Assembly (NCBI GenBank): GCA_003696625.1
Contig: RFGR01000132.1
Span: 1,909 to 65,908, forward strand
From: Planctomycetota bacterium
GTDB lineage: Bacteria > Planctomycetota > UBA1135
DNA length: 64,000 bases
Reading direction: 5' to 3'
Made by a program: the position numbers and the translations under genes. The first letter of the stretch is position 1; every line of letters begins with the position of its first letter. The notes under the pieces were generated by a model, which was not told where the DNA came from, searched no databases, and was given only the letters and a program-made list of their open reading frames with translations. Shown here piece after piece: positions 32,922 to 41,613 of the stretch.

Positions 32922-34439
32922 CTACTTCAGGACCGGATCCCCGGGCGGCAGGGCCGGATCGGCCTCGAGCGACAGCGCCACCGGCAGGCCGGCGAGGGCG
33001 GCGCCGTGGTGGGCCCGCAGCTCCGCCACCACCCCGGGGTGGGCGCGCAGCCGCCAGGGCCGGCCGGCCTCCAGCGCCCGCAGGCGGCGCAGGGCGCGCA
33101 GCGCGCCGGCCCGGTGCTGGATCCGGGTGCCGCTGCCGCCGCAGTCCGGACACGGGGTCTCGGAGGCGCGGGGCAGGCCGGTGCCGAGTCGGCGGCGGGT
33201 CAGCGCCATCAGCCCGAAGGCGCCGAGCCGGCCGGCCTTGTAGCGGGCCCGGTCGGCCTTCAGGCAGCCCCGGAACCAGGACTCGACCTCCCGGCGATGG
33301 GCCGCCTCGGTCATGTCGATGAAATCGACGACCAGGATCCCACCCAGGTCCCGGAGCCGGATCTGGCGGGCGATCTCGGCCGCGGCCAGCTTGTTCGCCT
33401 CGAGGGCGGTGAGTTCGAGGCTGCCCTTGTCGATCCGACCGCTGTTGACGTCGATCGCGGTCAGCGCCTCGGTTTCGTGGATGACGATCGAGGCCCCGTT
33501 CCCGACCGGCACCCGCGGCCGGAACAGGAGCTGGTAGTCGCGTTCGATGTCGAGCGACTCGAACAGCGGCCGACGCCGATCGTGGACCTCGATCCGGGGG
33601 CAGCCCTCGGGCAGGTAGGCGGAGAGGAAGGAACCGATCCGCTCGGCCGCCGCGGCGGAATCGACCAGGATGCGGTCGTCCGGGCCGGCGCCGAGATCGC
33701 GGACCGCCCGCACCTCGGGCGCCAGCTCGGTCCAGACCGGCCCGGGGGTCGAGGCCTTCGCCACCTCCTCCCCCACCCGACGCCAAGTCTCGAGCAAGTG
33801 ATCGAGGTCGCGCTGGAGATCCCGCCGGCGGGCGCCGGCGGCCGCCGTGCGGGCGATCACTCCCAATCCCTGGGGCGCGCCGGAGGCGGCCACGGAATCC
33901 CGCAGCCGCCGCCGCTCGGCCTCGTCGCCGATCCGGCGGCTGACCCCGACCCGGCCGAGGGAAGGCATCAGGACCAGGAGCCGGCCGGCCAAGGAGACGA
34001 AGGTGGTCAGGGTCGCCCCCTTGCCGCGCACCGGGTCGCGGAGCACCTGGACTAGGAGCCGGCGGCCCGGCTGGAGCAGGGAGGCGATGCCGCTCGGCGG
34101 CGGTTCCTCGGTCCCAGGCTCCTCGCCGGCCAAGACCGCGGCGGCCGCGGCCGGGGAGGAGGCGATCGTGAAGGGGTCGGCCTCCCGGTCGGCGTAGCCG
34201 GGATGGACGTTGCCGAGGTGGAGGAAGCCGGAGCGGCCGCCGCCGTAGTCGACGAAGGCGGCGTCCAGACCGGGCTCGACCTGCCGCACCTCGGCCAGGT
34301 AGAGGTTGCCGACCTGGGTGGCGCGGTCGGCCCGCGCCCAGCGGAGGTCCTGGATCCGGCCCTCGGCGATCCGGGCGACCCGGACCTCCTCCGGGTCGCG
34401 GGCGTTCACCGCCAGCAGGCCGCCGGCCGCGGCGCTCAT
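32922..34439 (-). CDS. rng: ribonuclease G/E family endoribonuclease
   Basis: 505 aa. S1 domain GNLYLAEVRQVEPGLDAAFVDYGGGRSGFLH; catalytic core TEALTAIDVNSG and ILVVDFIDM. The ATG overlaps the upstream TGA. Confidence 0.9.
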   Translation of the reverse strand: MSAAAGGLLAVNARDPEEVRVARIAEGRIQDLRWARADRATQVGNLYLAEVRQVEPGLDAAFVDYGGGRSGFLHLGNVHPGYADREADPFTIASSPAAAAAVLAGEEPGTEEPPPSGIASLLQPGRRLLVQVLRDPVRGKGATLTTFVSLAGRLLVLMPSLGRVGVSRRIGDEAERRRLRDSVAASGAPQGLGVIARTAAAGARRRDLQRDLDHLLETWRRVGEEVAKASTPGPVWTELAPEVRAVRDLGAGPDDRILVDSAAAAERIGSFLSAYLPEGCPRIEVHDRRRPLFESLDIERDYQLLFRPRVPVGNGASIVIHETEALTAIDVNSGRIDKGSLELTALEANKLAAAEIARQIRLRDLGGILVVDFIDMTEAAHRREVESWFRGCLKADRARYKAGRLGAFGLMALTRRRLGTGLPRASETPCPDCGGSGTRIQHRAGALRALRRLRALEAGRPWRLRAHPGVVAELRAHHGAALAGLPVALSLEADPALPPGDPVLK

Positions 34440-35038
34440 CGCCGGTCCTCCTCCACCACCGCCAGGCGGCGGACGCGGGCGGACCCGGCCGCCTCCTCCC
34501 CGACCAGCGCCTCGAGCACCCGGCGCAGGGCGGGCAGGTTGCCGCCTCGACCCGGGCGAAGAGTGACCCGCAGCGCCGCGCCCTCAACCTCGAGTTCGAC
34601 CGGCGGCGGCGCCCCGGCCGCGGGCGGCGGGAAGCGATCGGTGAGGAACGGACCGGCTTCGTCCCCGACCTGAATCCCCTCGACCCGGAAGACCCGCAGC
34701 CGCGCCGGGCGCGGGCGGCCAGGAGCGGGATAGACCCGCAGCAGCTCGAGGCCGGCGGGTAGGACCCGGGCCAGACCGCGGGCGGCGCTGGCCGACGGAT
34801 AGGGCCGGCGCAGCTCCACCCAGAGCCGTTCCCGCTCCGAGCTCCAGCCGAGCGGCAAGGCCTCCTCGAACTGGAGCCGGGGGCGGGGCTGGAAGCCCTC
34901 CGACCAGGCCAGCGGCAGCCGGGCCCGGCGCAGGGCGCGCTCGAAGGCCGCCTGCAGGTCGAGGTGGGACAAGAAGCGGGCGGGGCCGACCTTGGCGAAC
35001 TCGACGCAGTAGCGGAAGCCCGGCCGACCGCTGTTCAT
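34436..35038 (-). CDS. DUF2344 / TIGR03936-type radical-SAM-associated protein
   Basis: 200 aa. FAKVGPARFLSHLDLQAAFERALRRARLPLAWSEGFQPRPRLQF is the typical family N-terminus. The position just upstream of rng is also typical. Confidence 0.7.
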   Translation of the reverse strand: MNSGRPGFRYCVEFAKVGPARFLSHLDLQAAFERALRRARLPLAWSEGFQPRPRLQFEEALPLGWSSERERLWVELRRPYPSASAARGLARVLPAGLELLRVYPAPGRPRPARLRVFRVEGIQVGDEAGPFLTDRFPPPAAGAPPPVELEVEGAALRVTLRPGRGGNLPALRRVLEALVGEEAAGSARVRRLAVVEEDRR

Positions 35039-35310
35039 CCCAGCTCGGCGAAGCCGTCGGCGAACAGGGCGGCGACGGCGGCGGCTGCCGCCGCCGCCTC
35101 CGGGCCGCGGGCGACGATCCGCACCTTGGCCCCCTTGGTGGCGCCGAGGGTCATCACCGACAGGATGCTGGCGGCATCGGCCCGTCGGCCGTCGTGCTCG
35201 AGGAAGACCTGGGCGTCGAAGCCGGCGGCGGTGGCGACCACGGCGTTGCTCGGGCGGGCATGGAGCCCCTGGTCATTGACGACCACCACCTCGCGGACCA
35301 CCTCGTCCAC
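35035..35310 (-). CDS. ptsH: phosphocarrier protein HPr/NPr
   Basis: 91 aa with GTG start. Active-site His in NDQGLHARPS; regulatory Ser context ASILSVMTLG. Confidence 0.85.
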   Translation of the reverse strand: MDEVVREVVVVNDQGLHARPSNAVVATAAGFDAQVFLEHDGRRADAASILSVMTLGATKGAKVRIVARGPEAAAAAAAVAALFADGFAELG

Positions 35311-35327
35311 CCGGCCGTCGTGCAGGT

Positions 35328-35789
35328 TCAGGCGGCCGAGAGCTCGCTCAGGAGCTCGATCACCTGGGCGGCGCTCTCGGCCTGGGTCGCGAAGCGGACG
35401 AAGTGCTCGTGGCTGGCGATTTGGGCGATCCAGCGCAGGACGGCCAGGTGGTCGTCATCGCCCTCGGCCGGCCGGACGACCGAGAAGAACACCTTCACCG
35501 GCTCGCCGTCGAGGGCGCCGAAGTCGAGGCCTTCGCGGTGGATGGCGACGGCGATGCTGACCCGGGAGGCCCCGGGCAGGCGGACGTGCGGAAGGCCGAC
35601 CTCCTGCTGGCCGGTGGAACCGCGCGCCTCCCGCTCGAGGAGGGCGTCCCGGATCTCGGCGGCGCGCCCAGCCAGGGCCGGATCCTGTCGCTCGAGCCGC
35701 TCGGCCAGGGCCTGGAGGGCCTGTTCGCGGCTGTCGGCCTGCAGGTCGAGGATGACCGAGTCTTCGCTCAGGAGGTCGGTGTAGGTCAT
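35328..35789 (-). CDS. ptsN: PTS EIIA type-2 (nitrogen-regulatory EIIA-Ntr)
   Basis: 153 aa starting MTYTDLLSEDSVILDL. Active-site His in VGLPHVRL. Canonical hpf-ptsN neighbourhood. Confidence 0.85.
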   Translation of the reverse strand: MTYTDLLSEDSVILDLQADSREQALQALAERLERQDPALAGRAAEIRDALLEREARGSTGQQEVGLPHVRLPGASRVSIAVAIHREGLDFGALDGEPVKVFFSVVRPAEGDDDHLAVLRWIAQIASHEHFVRFATQAESAAQVIELLSELSAA

Positions 35790-35801
35790 GGTCGTGAGGG
35801 G

Positions 35802-36116
35802 TCAGTCCTGGCCCTTGGGCCGATGGTGGAGCTGGGTCCGCTTCTTCTTGAAGCGGCGGAACTGCTTCTCGAGCTTGGCGGCGACGCCGTCGACCGCGGC
35901 GCGACCCTCGCGGGCCCGCTCCTGGGCGACGAAGGGCTCGCCGCGGTGGCGGTGGAGAATGACCTCGCAGACCAGCTCCTCGCGCTCGGCCGAGAAGATG
36001 ACCTCGCTCTTGTGGAACTCCTCACCGAGGCGCTCGACGCCGGAGAGGCGCTGCACGGCGTACTCGCGCAGTGCCGGGGACAGATCCTGGATCCTGCTCG
36101 TGATCTCGATGTTCAT
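35802..36116 (-). CDS. hpf: ribosome hibernation promoting factor (short HPF/RaiA type)
   Basis: ATG at 36116 (residue 74 of ORF 35802..36335); 104 aa. Sequence MNIEITSRIQDLSPALREYAVQRL...AVDGVAAKLEKQFRRFKKK. The start overlaps the truA stop. Confidence 0.85.
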   Translation of the reverse strand: MNIEITSRIQDLSPALREYAVQRLSGVERLGEEFHKSEVIFSAEREELVCEVILHRHRGEPFVAQERAREGRAAVDGVAAKLEKQFRRFKKKRTQLHHRPKGQD

Positions 36117-36991
36117 CGTTCGGGCGGTGGCGGCCGGCCGGGCCCGGGCGCGGAGGGGAATTCGGCAGGCGGTCCGGGCGGGGCCAACGGGAAAGGATAC
36201 GGTCGCTCCAAGACCGGGGAAAGCCCGGCGAAGGGCGAAACCGGGTAGAGGACCCGCCACAGGCAGAGGCCGGCGGCGGGGGCGGTGGCGCCGGCCCGGC
36301 GGCGGTCCCGCGAGGCCAGCACGGCGCCGGCCCACTCCGGGGCCCGAACCCCCCGCCCGACCTCGAGCAGGGTTCCGACCAGGTTGCGGACCATCCGGTA
36401 GAGGAAGCCGTCGCCCTCGAACAGGAACTGGAGACCACCGCGGACCGGCCGGATGTGGATCCGGCGCAGCTCGCGGACGGTGGTCCTGGCGGCGCCGCCG
36501 GCGGCGGCGAAGGCGGCGAAGTCATGGCGCCCGCGAAGGTGTCCGGCGGCCGCCCGCATCGCCGCCAGGTCGAGAGGCCGCCGCCGCCGCTCCCAGCCGA
36601 CCAGGCCGGCGGTGAGGACCGGCCGGACCGGTCCCACCGCGAGCCGGTAGAGGTAACGCTTGCCGCAGGCGCTGGCGCGGGCGTGGAAGGAGGGATCGAC
36701 CTCGGCCGCGGCCCGGACCGCGGCCTCCTCGGGCAGGTAGGCGTTCAGGGCCGGGCGCACTTTCTCCAGCGGCAGCCGGGACCAGGTGTTCAAATGGGCG
36801 ACCTGGCCCCAGGCGTGGACCCCGGCGTCGGTCCGGCCACTGCCGTGGACGACCACGTTCTCGCCGGTGACGGCGGCCCAGGCTCGTTCCAGCTCCTCCT
36901 GCACGGTCGGGAAGCCCGGCTGGCGCTGGAAGCCGTGGAAGGCGCCGCCGTGGTAGGCGAGCAGCAGGGCGATCCGGCGCGGGCGACTCAC
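36113..36991 (-). CDS. truA: tRNA pseudouridine(38-40) synthase
   Basis: GTG at 36991 overlaps the recR TGA (GTGA); 292 aa. Motifs: RIALLLAYHGGAFHGFQRQ, GSGRTDAGVHA and FLYRMVRNLVG. Confidence 0.85.
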   Translation of the reverse strand: MSRPRRIALLLAYHGGAFHGFQRQPGFPTVQEELERAWAAVTGENVVVHGSGRTDAGVHAWGQVAHLNTWSRLPLEKVRPALNAYLPEEAAVRAAAEVDPSFHARASACGKRYLYRLAVGPVRPVLTAGLVGWERRRRPLDLAAMRAAAGHLRGRHDFAAFAAAGGAARTTVRELRRIHIRPVRGGLQFLFEGDGFLYRMVRNLVGTLLEVGRGVRAPEWAGAVLASRDRRRAGATAPAAGLCLWRVLYPVSPFAGLSPVLERPYPFPLAPPGPPAEFPSAPGPGRPPPPER

Positions 36992-37629
36992 CGGGAGGGA
37001 TCGCCTTCGCCCCCGTCGGGGTCGGAATCGGGATTCCAGGCGCGTCGGCCCCGGAAGGCCTCGGCCAGGATCTCGCCGTGCAGGTACTCGAGCCGGGTAC
37101 CGACCGGCAGGCCGCGGGCCAGACGCGACAGCCGCACCGGCAGCCCGCGCAGCGCCTCGGCCACGAGCAGGGCCGCGCCCTCTCCCTCGCGGTCGGGGGC
37201 GGTGGCCAGGACGACCTCGCGCACCTCCCCTGACTCCACCCGGCGCCGCAGCGCGGCCAGAGCGGCCTCCTCGGGCGCCGCGCCCTCGCGCGGAGCGAAG
37301 CCGGCCATGAGCACGTGGTAGCGGCCGGGGAAGACCTTGGACTCCTCCATCCGGGCCACCTCGCGCGGTCCCTCGACGACGCAGACCAGTCCGGGATCCC
37401 GCTCCGGATCGGCGCAGATCCGGCACGGGGAGCGCAGGGTGACGTTGCCGCAGATCTCGCAGCGAACGGTCTCCATGCGCGCGTCGCGCAGGGCCATGGC
37501 CAGCTCCGCGACCTCCTCGGGCGGCGAGCGCAGAACGTGCAGAGCCATCCGCTCGGCGCTGCGCGGGCCGACGCCCGGGAAGCGCTCCAGGGCCCGGATC
37601 AGCCGTTCGAGAGGCTCGGGAAAGGCCAA
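36988..37629 (-). CDS. recR: recombination protein RecR
   Basis: 213 aa. N-terminus LIRALERFPGVGPRSAERMALHVL, Cys4 finger CEICGNVTLRSPCRIC, and a Toprim segment. Confidence 0.95.
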   Translation of the reverse strand: MAFPEPLERLIRALERFPGVGPRSAERMALHVLRSPPEEVAELAMALRDARMETVRCEICGNVTLRSPCRICADPERDPGLVCVVEGPREVARMEESKVFPGRYHVLMAGFAPREGAAPEEAALAALRRRVESGEVREVVLATAPDREGEGAALLVAEALRGLPVRLSRLARGLPVGTRLEYLHGEILAEAFRGRRAWNPDSDPDGGEGDPSR

Positions 37630-37645
37630 GCCGAATCCGCGCCGC

Positions 37646-37969
37646 TCAGAGCAGGCCGCCGGGCAGCCCGAGGCCGCCGCTGAGCTTGCCGAGTTCCTCG
37701 GCGGCGGTCTCGGCCGCCTGCCGGAGGGCCTCGTTGACCGCGGTCAGGACCGCGTCCTCGAGGGCGGCGACGTCCTCCGGGTCGGCCGCGGCCGGGTCGA
37801 TCCGGAGTTCGAGCAGGCGCCGGTCGCCGCTGACCACGGCCCGGACCGCTCCCCCGGCCGAGGCCTCGAACCGGCGCCGGGCCAGTTCCTCCTGCTTGGC
37901 GGTCATCTGCCGCTGCATCTGCTGGGCCTGCCGGAGCAGGCCGCCGAGGTCGCCGAGCGATCCAGCCAT
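37646..37969 (-). CDS. ybaB: nucleoid-associated protein YbaB/EbfC
   Basis: ATG at 37969 gives 107 aa: MAGSLGDLGGLLRQAQQMQRQMTAKQEELARRRFEASAGGAVRAVVSGDRRLLELRIDP. Canonical dnaX-ybaB-recR order. Confidence 0.9.
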   Translation of the reverse strand: MAGSLGDLGGLLRQAQQMQRQMTAKQEELARRRFEASAGGAVRAVVSGDRRLLELRIDPAAADPEDVAALEDAVLTAVNEALRQAAETAAEELGKLSGGLGLPGGLL

Positions 37970-37973
37970 GGCC

Positions 37974-39512
37974 CTAGGGTAGCTCCTCGCGGGCGCCGAA
38001 CAGGTCCCGCAGCCGCTCCCCGACCGGATCGGGCGGCGCCGGCTCCTCGCGGCGGTAGTCGATCCGCCAGGCCCCGGGCGAGCCCTCGAGGCCGGCCAGG
38101 TAGGCGAGCGAGGGCGGATCCTCGACCACCGCGCGGTCTTCCTCGGCCAGGGGCTTGAGCAGGAGACGGACGTGGTCGCCGGCCACCTCGCCCTCGAGCA
38201 GGTTGCGGCGCAGGATCCGGCCCAGGGTCGGTCGGCCGGCCTCGGCCCGGGCGAGGAGTTCGTCCAGGCGGGAAGCCGCCGCCGGGGCCGGCGCCGGGGC
38301 GGCTCGACCGGCCGGCGCCGGAGACCGGCCGGAGTCGGTCGGCGGCGGGGACGCCCGCCGGCACGTGGGTGACGCCGGCCCCCCTTCGAGCCCGGCCAGG
38401 AGGGCGGCGGTGCCGAGCAGCTCGCCGAGCCGGCAGGCGCGCAGGAAGGTCCACTCGAGCAGGGCCCGGGCCGCCAAAGGCGCCTGGCGAATCCGGGCCT
38501 CGAGGCCGAAGAGCAGGCCGAGCAAGCCCTCAAGGCGGTCGCGGCCGAGGGCGCGGGCCAGCTCGAGGCTGCGGCGGCGCCGCTCCTCGGCCGGGACGAC
38601 GCCGAGGGCGTCCTCGCCGAGCAGGGCGACGTGGAGCAGGTCCCGGGCGGCGTCGACCGCCTGGTCGACCAGCTCGCGTTCGCTGCCGCCGCGGCGGAGG
38701 AAGTCGTCGAGGATCGCCAGCACCGTCGCCGGATCGTCGCGCTCGACCGCCTCGAACAGGTCCAGCCACCGCTCCGGCCGGGCCAGGCCGGCGATCGCCT
38801 CCAGGTCCTCCAGCGTGGGCACGGCGTCGGCGACCGCCAGCAACTGGTCGAGCATCGACTCGGCGTCGCGCAGGCCGCCGCGGCAGCCGCGGGAGATCGC
38901 GGCCAGCACCTCGGCCGGCACCTCGACGCCCTCGGCGGCGCAGACCCGGGCCAGCTTGGCCTCGACGTCCTCCTCGCGCAGGCGGCGGAACTCGAACACC
39001 TGGCAGCGCGAGGTGATCGTCTCCGGGATCTTGTGGGGATCGGTGGTGGCGAAGAGGAAGACGGCGTGGCCGGGCGGCTCCTCGAGCGTCTTGAGCAGGG
39101 CGTCGAAGGCCGGCCCGCTCAGCCGCTGGACTTCGTCGATGATGTAGATCTTGCGCCGGTCGCGTAGCGGCTGGTAGTGGACCCGCTCGCGGATGGAGCG
39201 GACGTCGTCGACTCCGTTGTGCGAGGCGCCGTCGATTTCGACCACGTCGACGTCGGCACCGGCCTCGATCTCGCGGCAGGCGTCGCACTCGAGACAGGGG
39301 GTGACGGTCGGCCCCTGGGCGCAGTTCAGGGACTTGGCCAGGATCCGGGCGGTGCTGGTCTTGCCGACCCCGCGCGGGCCGACGAGCAGGTAGGCCTGGC
39401 CGACCCGATCGCGCTCGATCGCCCGGCTGAGGGCGCGGACGATCGGCTCCTGGCCGATCACCTCGGCGAAGGTGCGCGGGCGGTATTTGCGGGCCAGGAC
39501 GCGATAGCTCAT
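37974..39512 (-). CDS. dnaX: DNA polymerase III subunit gamma/tau
   Basis: ATG at 39512 (residue 72 of ORF 37974..39725); 512 aa. N-terminus MSYRVLARKYRPRTFAEVIGQ; Walker A GPRGVGKTS; Zn module CLECDAC; box IYIIDEVQRLS. Confidence 0.95.
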   Translation of the reverse strand: MSYRVLARKYRPRTFAEVIGQEPIVRALSRAIERDRVGQAYLLVGPRGVGKTSTARILAKSLNCAQGPTVTPCLECDACREIEAGADVDVVEIDGASHNGVDDVRSIRERVHYQPLRDRRKIYIIDEVQRLSGPAFDALLKTLEEPPGHAVFLFATTDPHKIPETITSRCQVFEFRRLREEDVEAKLARVCAAEGVEVPAEVLAAISRGCRGGLRDAESMLDQLLAVADAVPTLEDLEAIAGLARPERWLDLFEAVERDDPATVLAILDDFLRRGGSERELVDQAVDAARDLLHVALLGEDALGVVPAEERRRRSLELARALGRDRLEGLLGLLFGLEARIRQAPLAARALLEWTFLRACRLGELLGTAALLAGLEGGPASPTCRRASPPPTDSGRSPAPAGRAAPAPAPAAASRLDELLARAEAGRPTLGRILRRNLLEGEVAGDHVRLLLKPLAEEDRAVVEDPPSLAYLAGLEGSPGAWRIDYRREEPAPPDPVGERLRDLFGAREELP

Positions 39513-39546
39513 GGCGCCGGGCAGCATAGCAGCGGCGGGAAAGGAG

Positions 39547-39671
39547 CCGGCGGAGCCGGAGGCCCGGACGACCGCGGCACCCGGACCTCGCTCCTTAGGG
39601 CTGCTCCGTTCCCGGCCTGACCCGGTTCGGGGCGCGTCCGCCGCGCGGCGCCGGACCCCCGGCTCCGCCGG
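39547..39671 (-). ncRNA. ffs: signal recognition particle RNA (small 4.5S type)
   Basis: Read by eye on the minus strand. The ends form a 13-bp closing helix (CCGGCGGAGCCGG ... CCGGCUCCGCCGG). The apical region GGUCAGGCCG-GGAA-CGGAGCAGCC matches the conserved domain IV element (E. coli GGUCAGGUCC-GGAA-GGAAGCAGCC), including the GGAA tetraloop. The position just upstream of dnaX matches the known tadA-ffs-dnaX-ybaB-recR synteny. The ends are approximate. Confidence 0.8.
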
Positions 39672-39680
39672 CGGTCCGAA

Positions 39681-39768
<88 letters not shown>

Positions 39769-39811
39769 GTTCGATTTCGGCACAGATCGAACTCCCCGGC
39801 ATGAAGGGAGT

Positions 39812-39901
<90 letters not shown>

Positions 39902-39937
39902 GTTCGGGGCCGGATAGGATAGCGTCGCCGGCTCCGG

Positions 39938-40429
39938 TCAGCCGCGGCGGGCGCGGAAAAAGGCCTGCAACAGCGCCGCCGATTCCTCCGCCCGGACGCC
40001 GCCGCGCCAAGCCACGCGGTGGTTGAGGCCGGGCAGGTCGAGGAGCCGGGCCAGCGATTCGACCCCGCCGAACTTCGGGTCGGCCGCTCCGTAGACGACG
40101 CGGTCGACGCGGGCGTGGATCAGGGCGCCGGCGCACTGCAGGCAGGGCTCGAGGGTGCAGAACAGCTCGGCGCCCGGCAGCCGCTTCTCCCCCGCCGCCG
40201 CGAAGGCCTGGGTGAGGGCGATCATCTCGGCGTGGGCGGTCGGGTCGCCGAGCCGCTCGACCTGGTTCGCCCCGCGGCTGAGCAACCGGTCGCCGCGGAC
40301 GACGACGGCCCCGACCGGCACCTCGTCCCGGGCGGCCGCCTCGCGCGCCAGCCGCAGGGCCAGCGCCATGATGAGGTCGTCGCGTTCCTCCGGCCCGGCC
40401 GGCTGGCGGAGGGGAAAGAGGAGGCTCAA
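39938..40429 (-). CDS. tadA: tRNA-specific adenosine(34) deaminase
   Basis: Deaminase zinc motifs PTAHAEMIAL and LEPCLQCAG; N-terminal EVPVGAVVV. The longest ORF starts at TTG 40429, 9 nt after the tRNA-Arg 3' end. An ATG alternative lies at 40369. Confidence 0.88.
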   Translation of the reverse strand: MSLLFPLRQPAGPEERDDLIMALALRLAREAAARDEVPVGAVVVRGDRLLSRGANQVERLGDPTAHAEMIALTQAFAAAGEKRLPGAELFCTLEPCLQCAGALIHARVDRVVYGAADPKFGGVESLARLLDLPGLNHRVAWRGGVRAEESAALLQAFFRARRG

Positions 40430-40438
40430 GGGAGGGAA

Positions 40439-40515
40439 TGGTGCGCCCAGGAGGATTCGAACCCCCAGCCTCCTGATCCGTAGTCAGGTGCTCTATCCAG
40501 TTGAGCCATGGGCGC
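40439..40515 (-). tRNA. tRNA-Arg (anticodon ACG), CCA encoded
   Basis: The minus strand reads GCGCCCATGGCTCAACTGGATAGAGCACCTGACTACGGATCAGGAGGCTGGGGGTTCGAATCCTCCTGGGCGCACCA. Acceptor stem GCGCCCA/TGGGCGC; anticodon stem CCTGA/TCAGG with loop CTACGGA. Confidence 0.92.
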
Positions 40516-40532
40516 ACACGGGGGCGGAGATT

Positions 40533-41546
40533 TCACCCTCCCCCGCCGCCGGCGTCAAGTCCGGAGGCCGGCGGCAGCAGGCCGGCGGCCCGGTAGCTGC
40601 GGGCGGTGTCGGCGAGGCCGGCGGCGAGCGGGAAGGCGGGCCGCCAACCGGTGCGGGCGGCGAATCGCTCGGCGCGGCAGACCCAGGCGGCGGCGGTCAG
40701 CTCGCGCATCTTGTCCAGGGACAGGAAGGCCGGGCGGCCGCAGAGCCGGTGCAGCGGGGTCACCGCCGCCGCCGCCGTCCAGGCCAGCACGGCCGGCACC
40801 GGCCGCGGCCGGGGCGGGCGGCCGACCGCCTCACCGATCGCCGCCAGCAGCTCGGTCGGGGACGGCCGCTCGGGACCGGCGACGTGGAAGTTCTGGCCGG
40901 CCACCGCCGCCGCCGGCGCGGCCAGGGCGGCGGCGAGGGCGGCGGCGAGGTCGTCGACGTGGATCAGGGACAGCGCCGCCGGCCCCGGCGCCGGCAGCAG
41001 CAGGGGCCGGCCGCGGGCCACCGCCTGGAAGAAGGGCAGGAAGGCCCGGTCGCCGGGGCCGTAGACGGCCGGCGGCCGGAGCACGATCCGCTCCGGGAAG
41101 CCGGCCGCGGCCACCGCCTCCTCGCCGGCCAGCTTGCTGGCGCCGTAGCGACTGACCGGCCGCGGCGGATCCTCGTCCGCGACCGCGGTCCCCGGTCCGG
41201 TGGCGGCCAGGCTGGAGACCTGGAGCCAACGGGCGCCGGCGGCGGCGGCGGCGACCGCTGTCGCCAGCCGCCGGCTGCCCTCGACGTTCACCCGGTCGAA
41301 GTCGCGCGGCCGGCGGGCGTCGACCAGACCGGCCAGGTGGACCACCGCCTCGATTCCCGCGCCGAGGCCGGCCGGCGGCCGTTCGAGCGAGCCGACCACG
41401 ACCTCGACGCCGCCGGCGCCGGCCAGTTCGGCGGGCAGCCGGGCGGGGTCGCGCAGGAGCAGGCGCAGCCGGTGGCCGTCGGCCAGCAGCCGGGCGGCGG
41501 CGCGACGGCCGACGAAGCCGCTGGCGCCGGTCAGGAGCACCCTCAT
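40533..41546 (-). CDS. NAD(P)-dependent epimerase/dehydratase-type extended SDR
   Basis: ATG at 41546 (residue 24 of ORF 40533..41615); 337 aa. N-terminus MRVLLTGASGFVG (Rossmann fold); catalytic YGASK. Divergent from the alpha-oxoamine synthase gene. Confidence 0.8.
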   Translation of the reverse strand: MRVLLTGASGFVGRRAAARLLADGHRLRLLLRDPARLPAELAGAGGVEVVVGSLERPPAGLGAGIEAVVHLAGLVDARRPRDFDRVNVEGSRRLATAVAAAAAGARWLQVSSLAATGPGTAVADEDPPRPVSRYGASKLAGEEAVAAAGFPERIVLRPPAVYGPGDRAFLPFFQAVARGRPLLLPAPGPAALSLIHVDDLAAALAAALAAPAAAVAGQNFHVAGPERPSPTELLAAIGEAVGRPPRPRPVPAVLAWTAAAAVTPLHRLCGRPAFLSLDKMRELTAAAWVCRAERFAARTGWRPAFPLAAGLADTARSYRAAGLLPPASGLDAGGGGG

Positions 41547-41613
41547 GGCGGCGATTCTAGGCCGCCGGGCTCCGGCTGGACGCCGGCGCCGGGGCCGGGG
41601 ACAATGCCGGTAC

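Noticed and set aside
37974-39512. Programmed -1 frameshift site in dnaX (tau/gamma)
   Set aside because: I noticed no A-rich slippery heptamer (A AAA AAG type) when reading this GC-rich gene. This cannot be excluded without a systematic scan.
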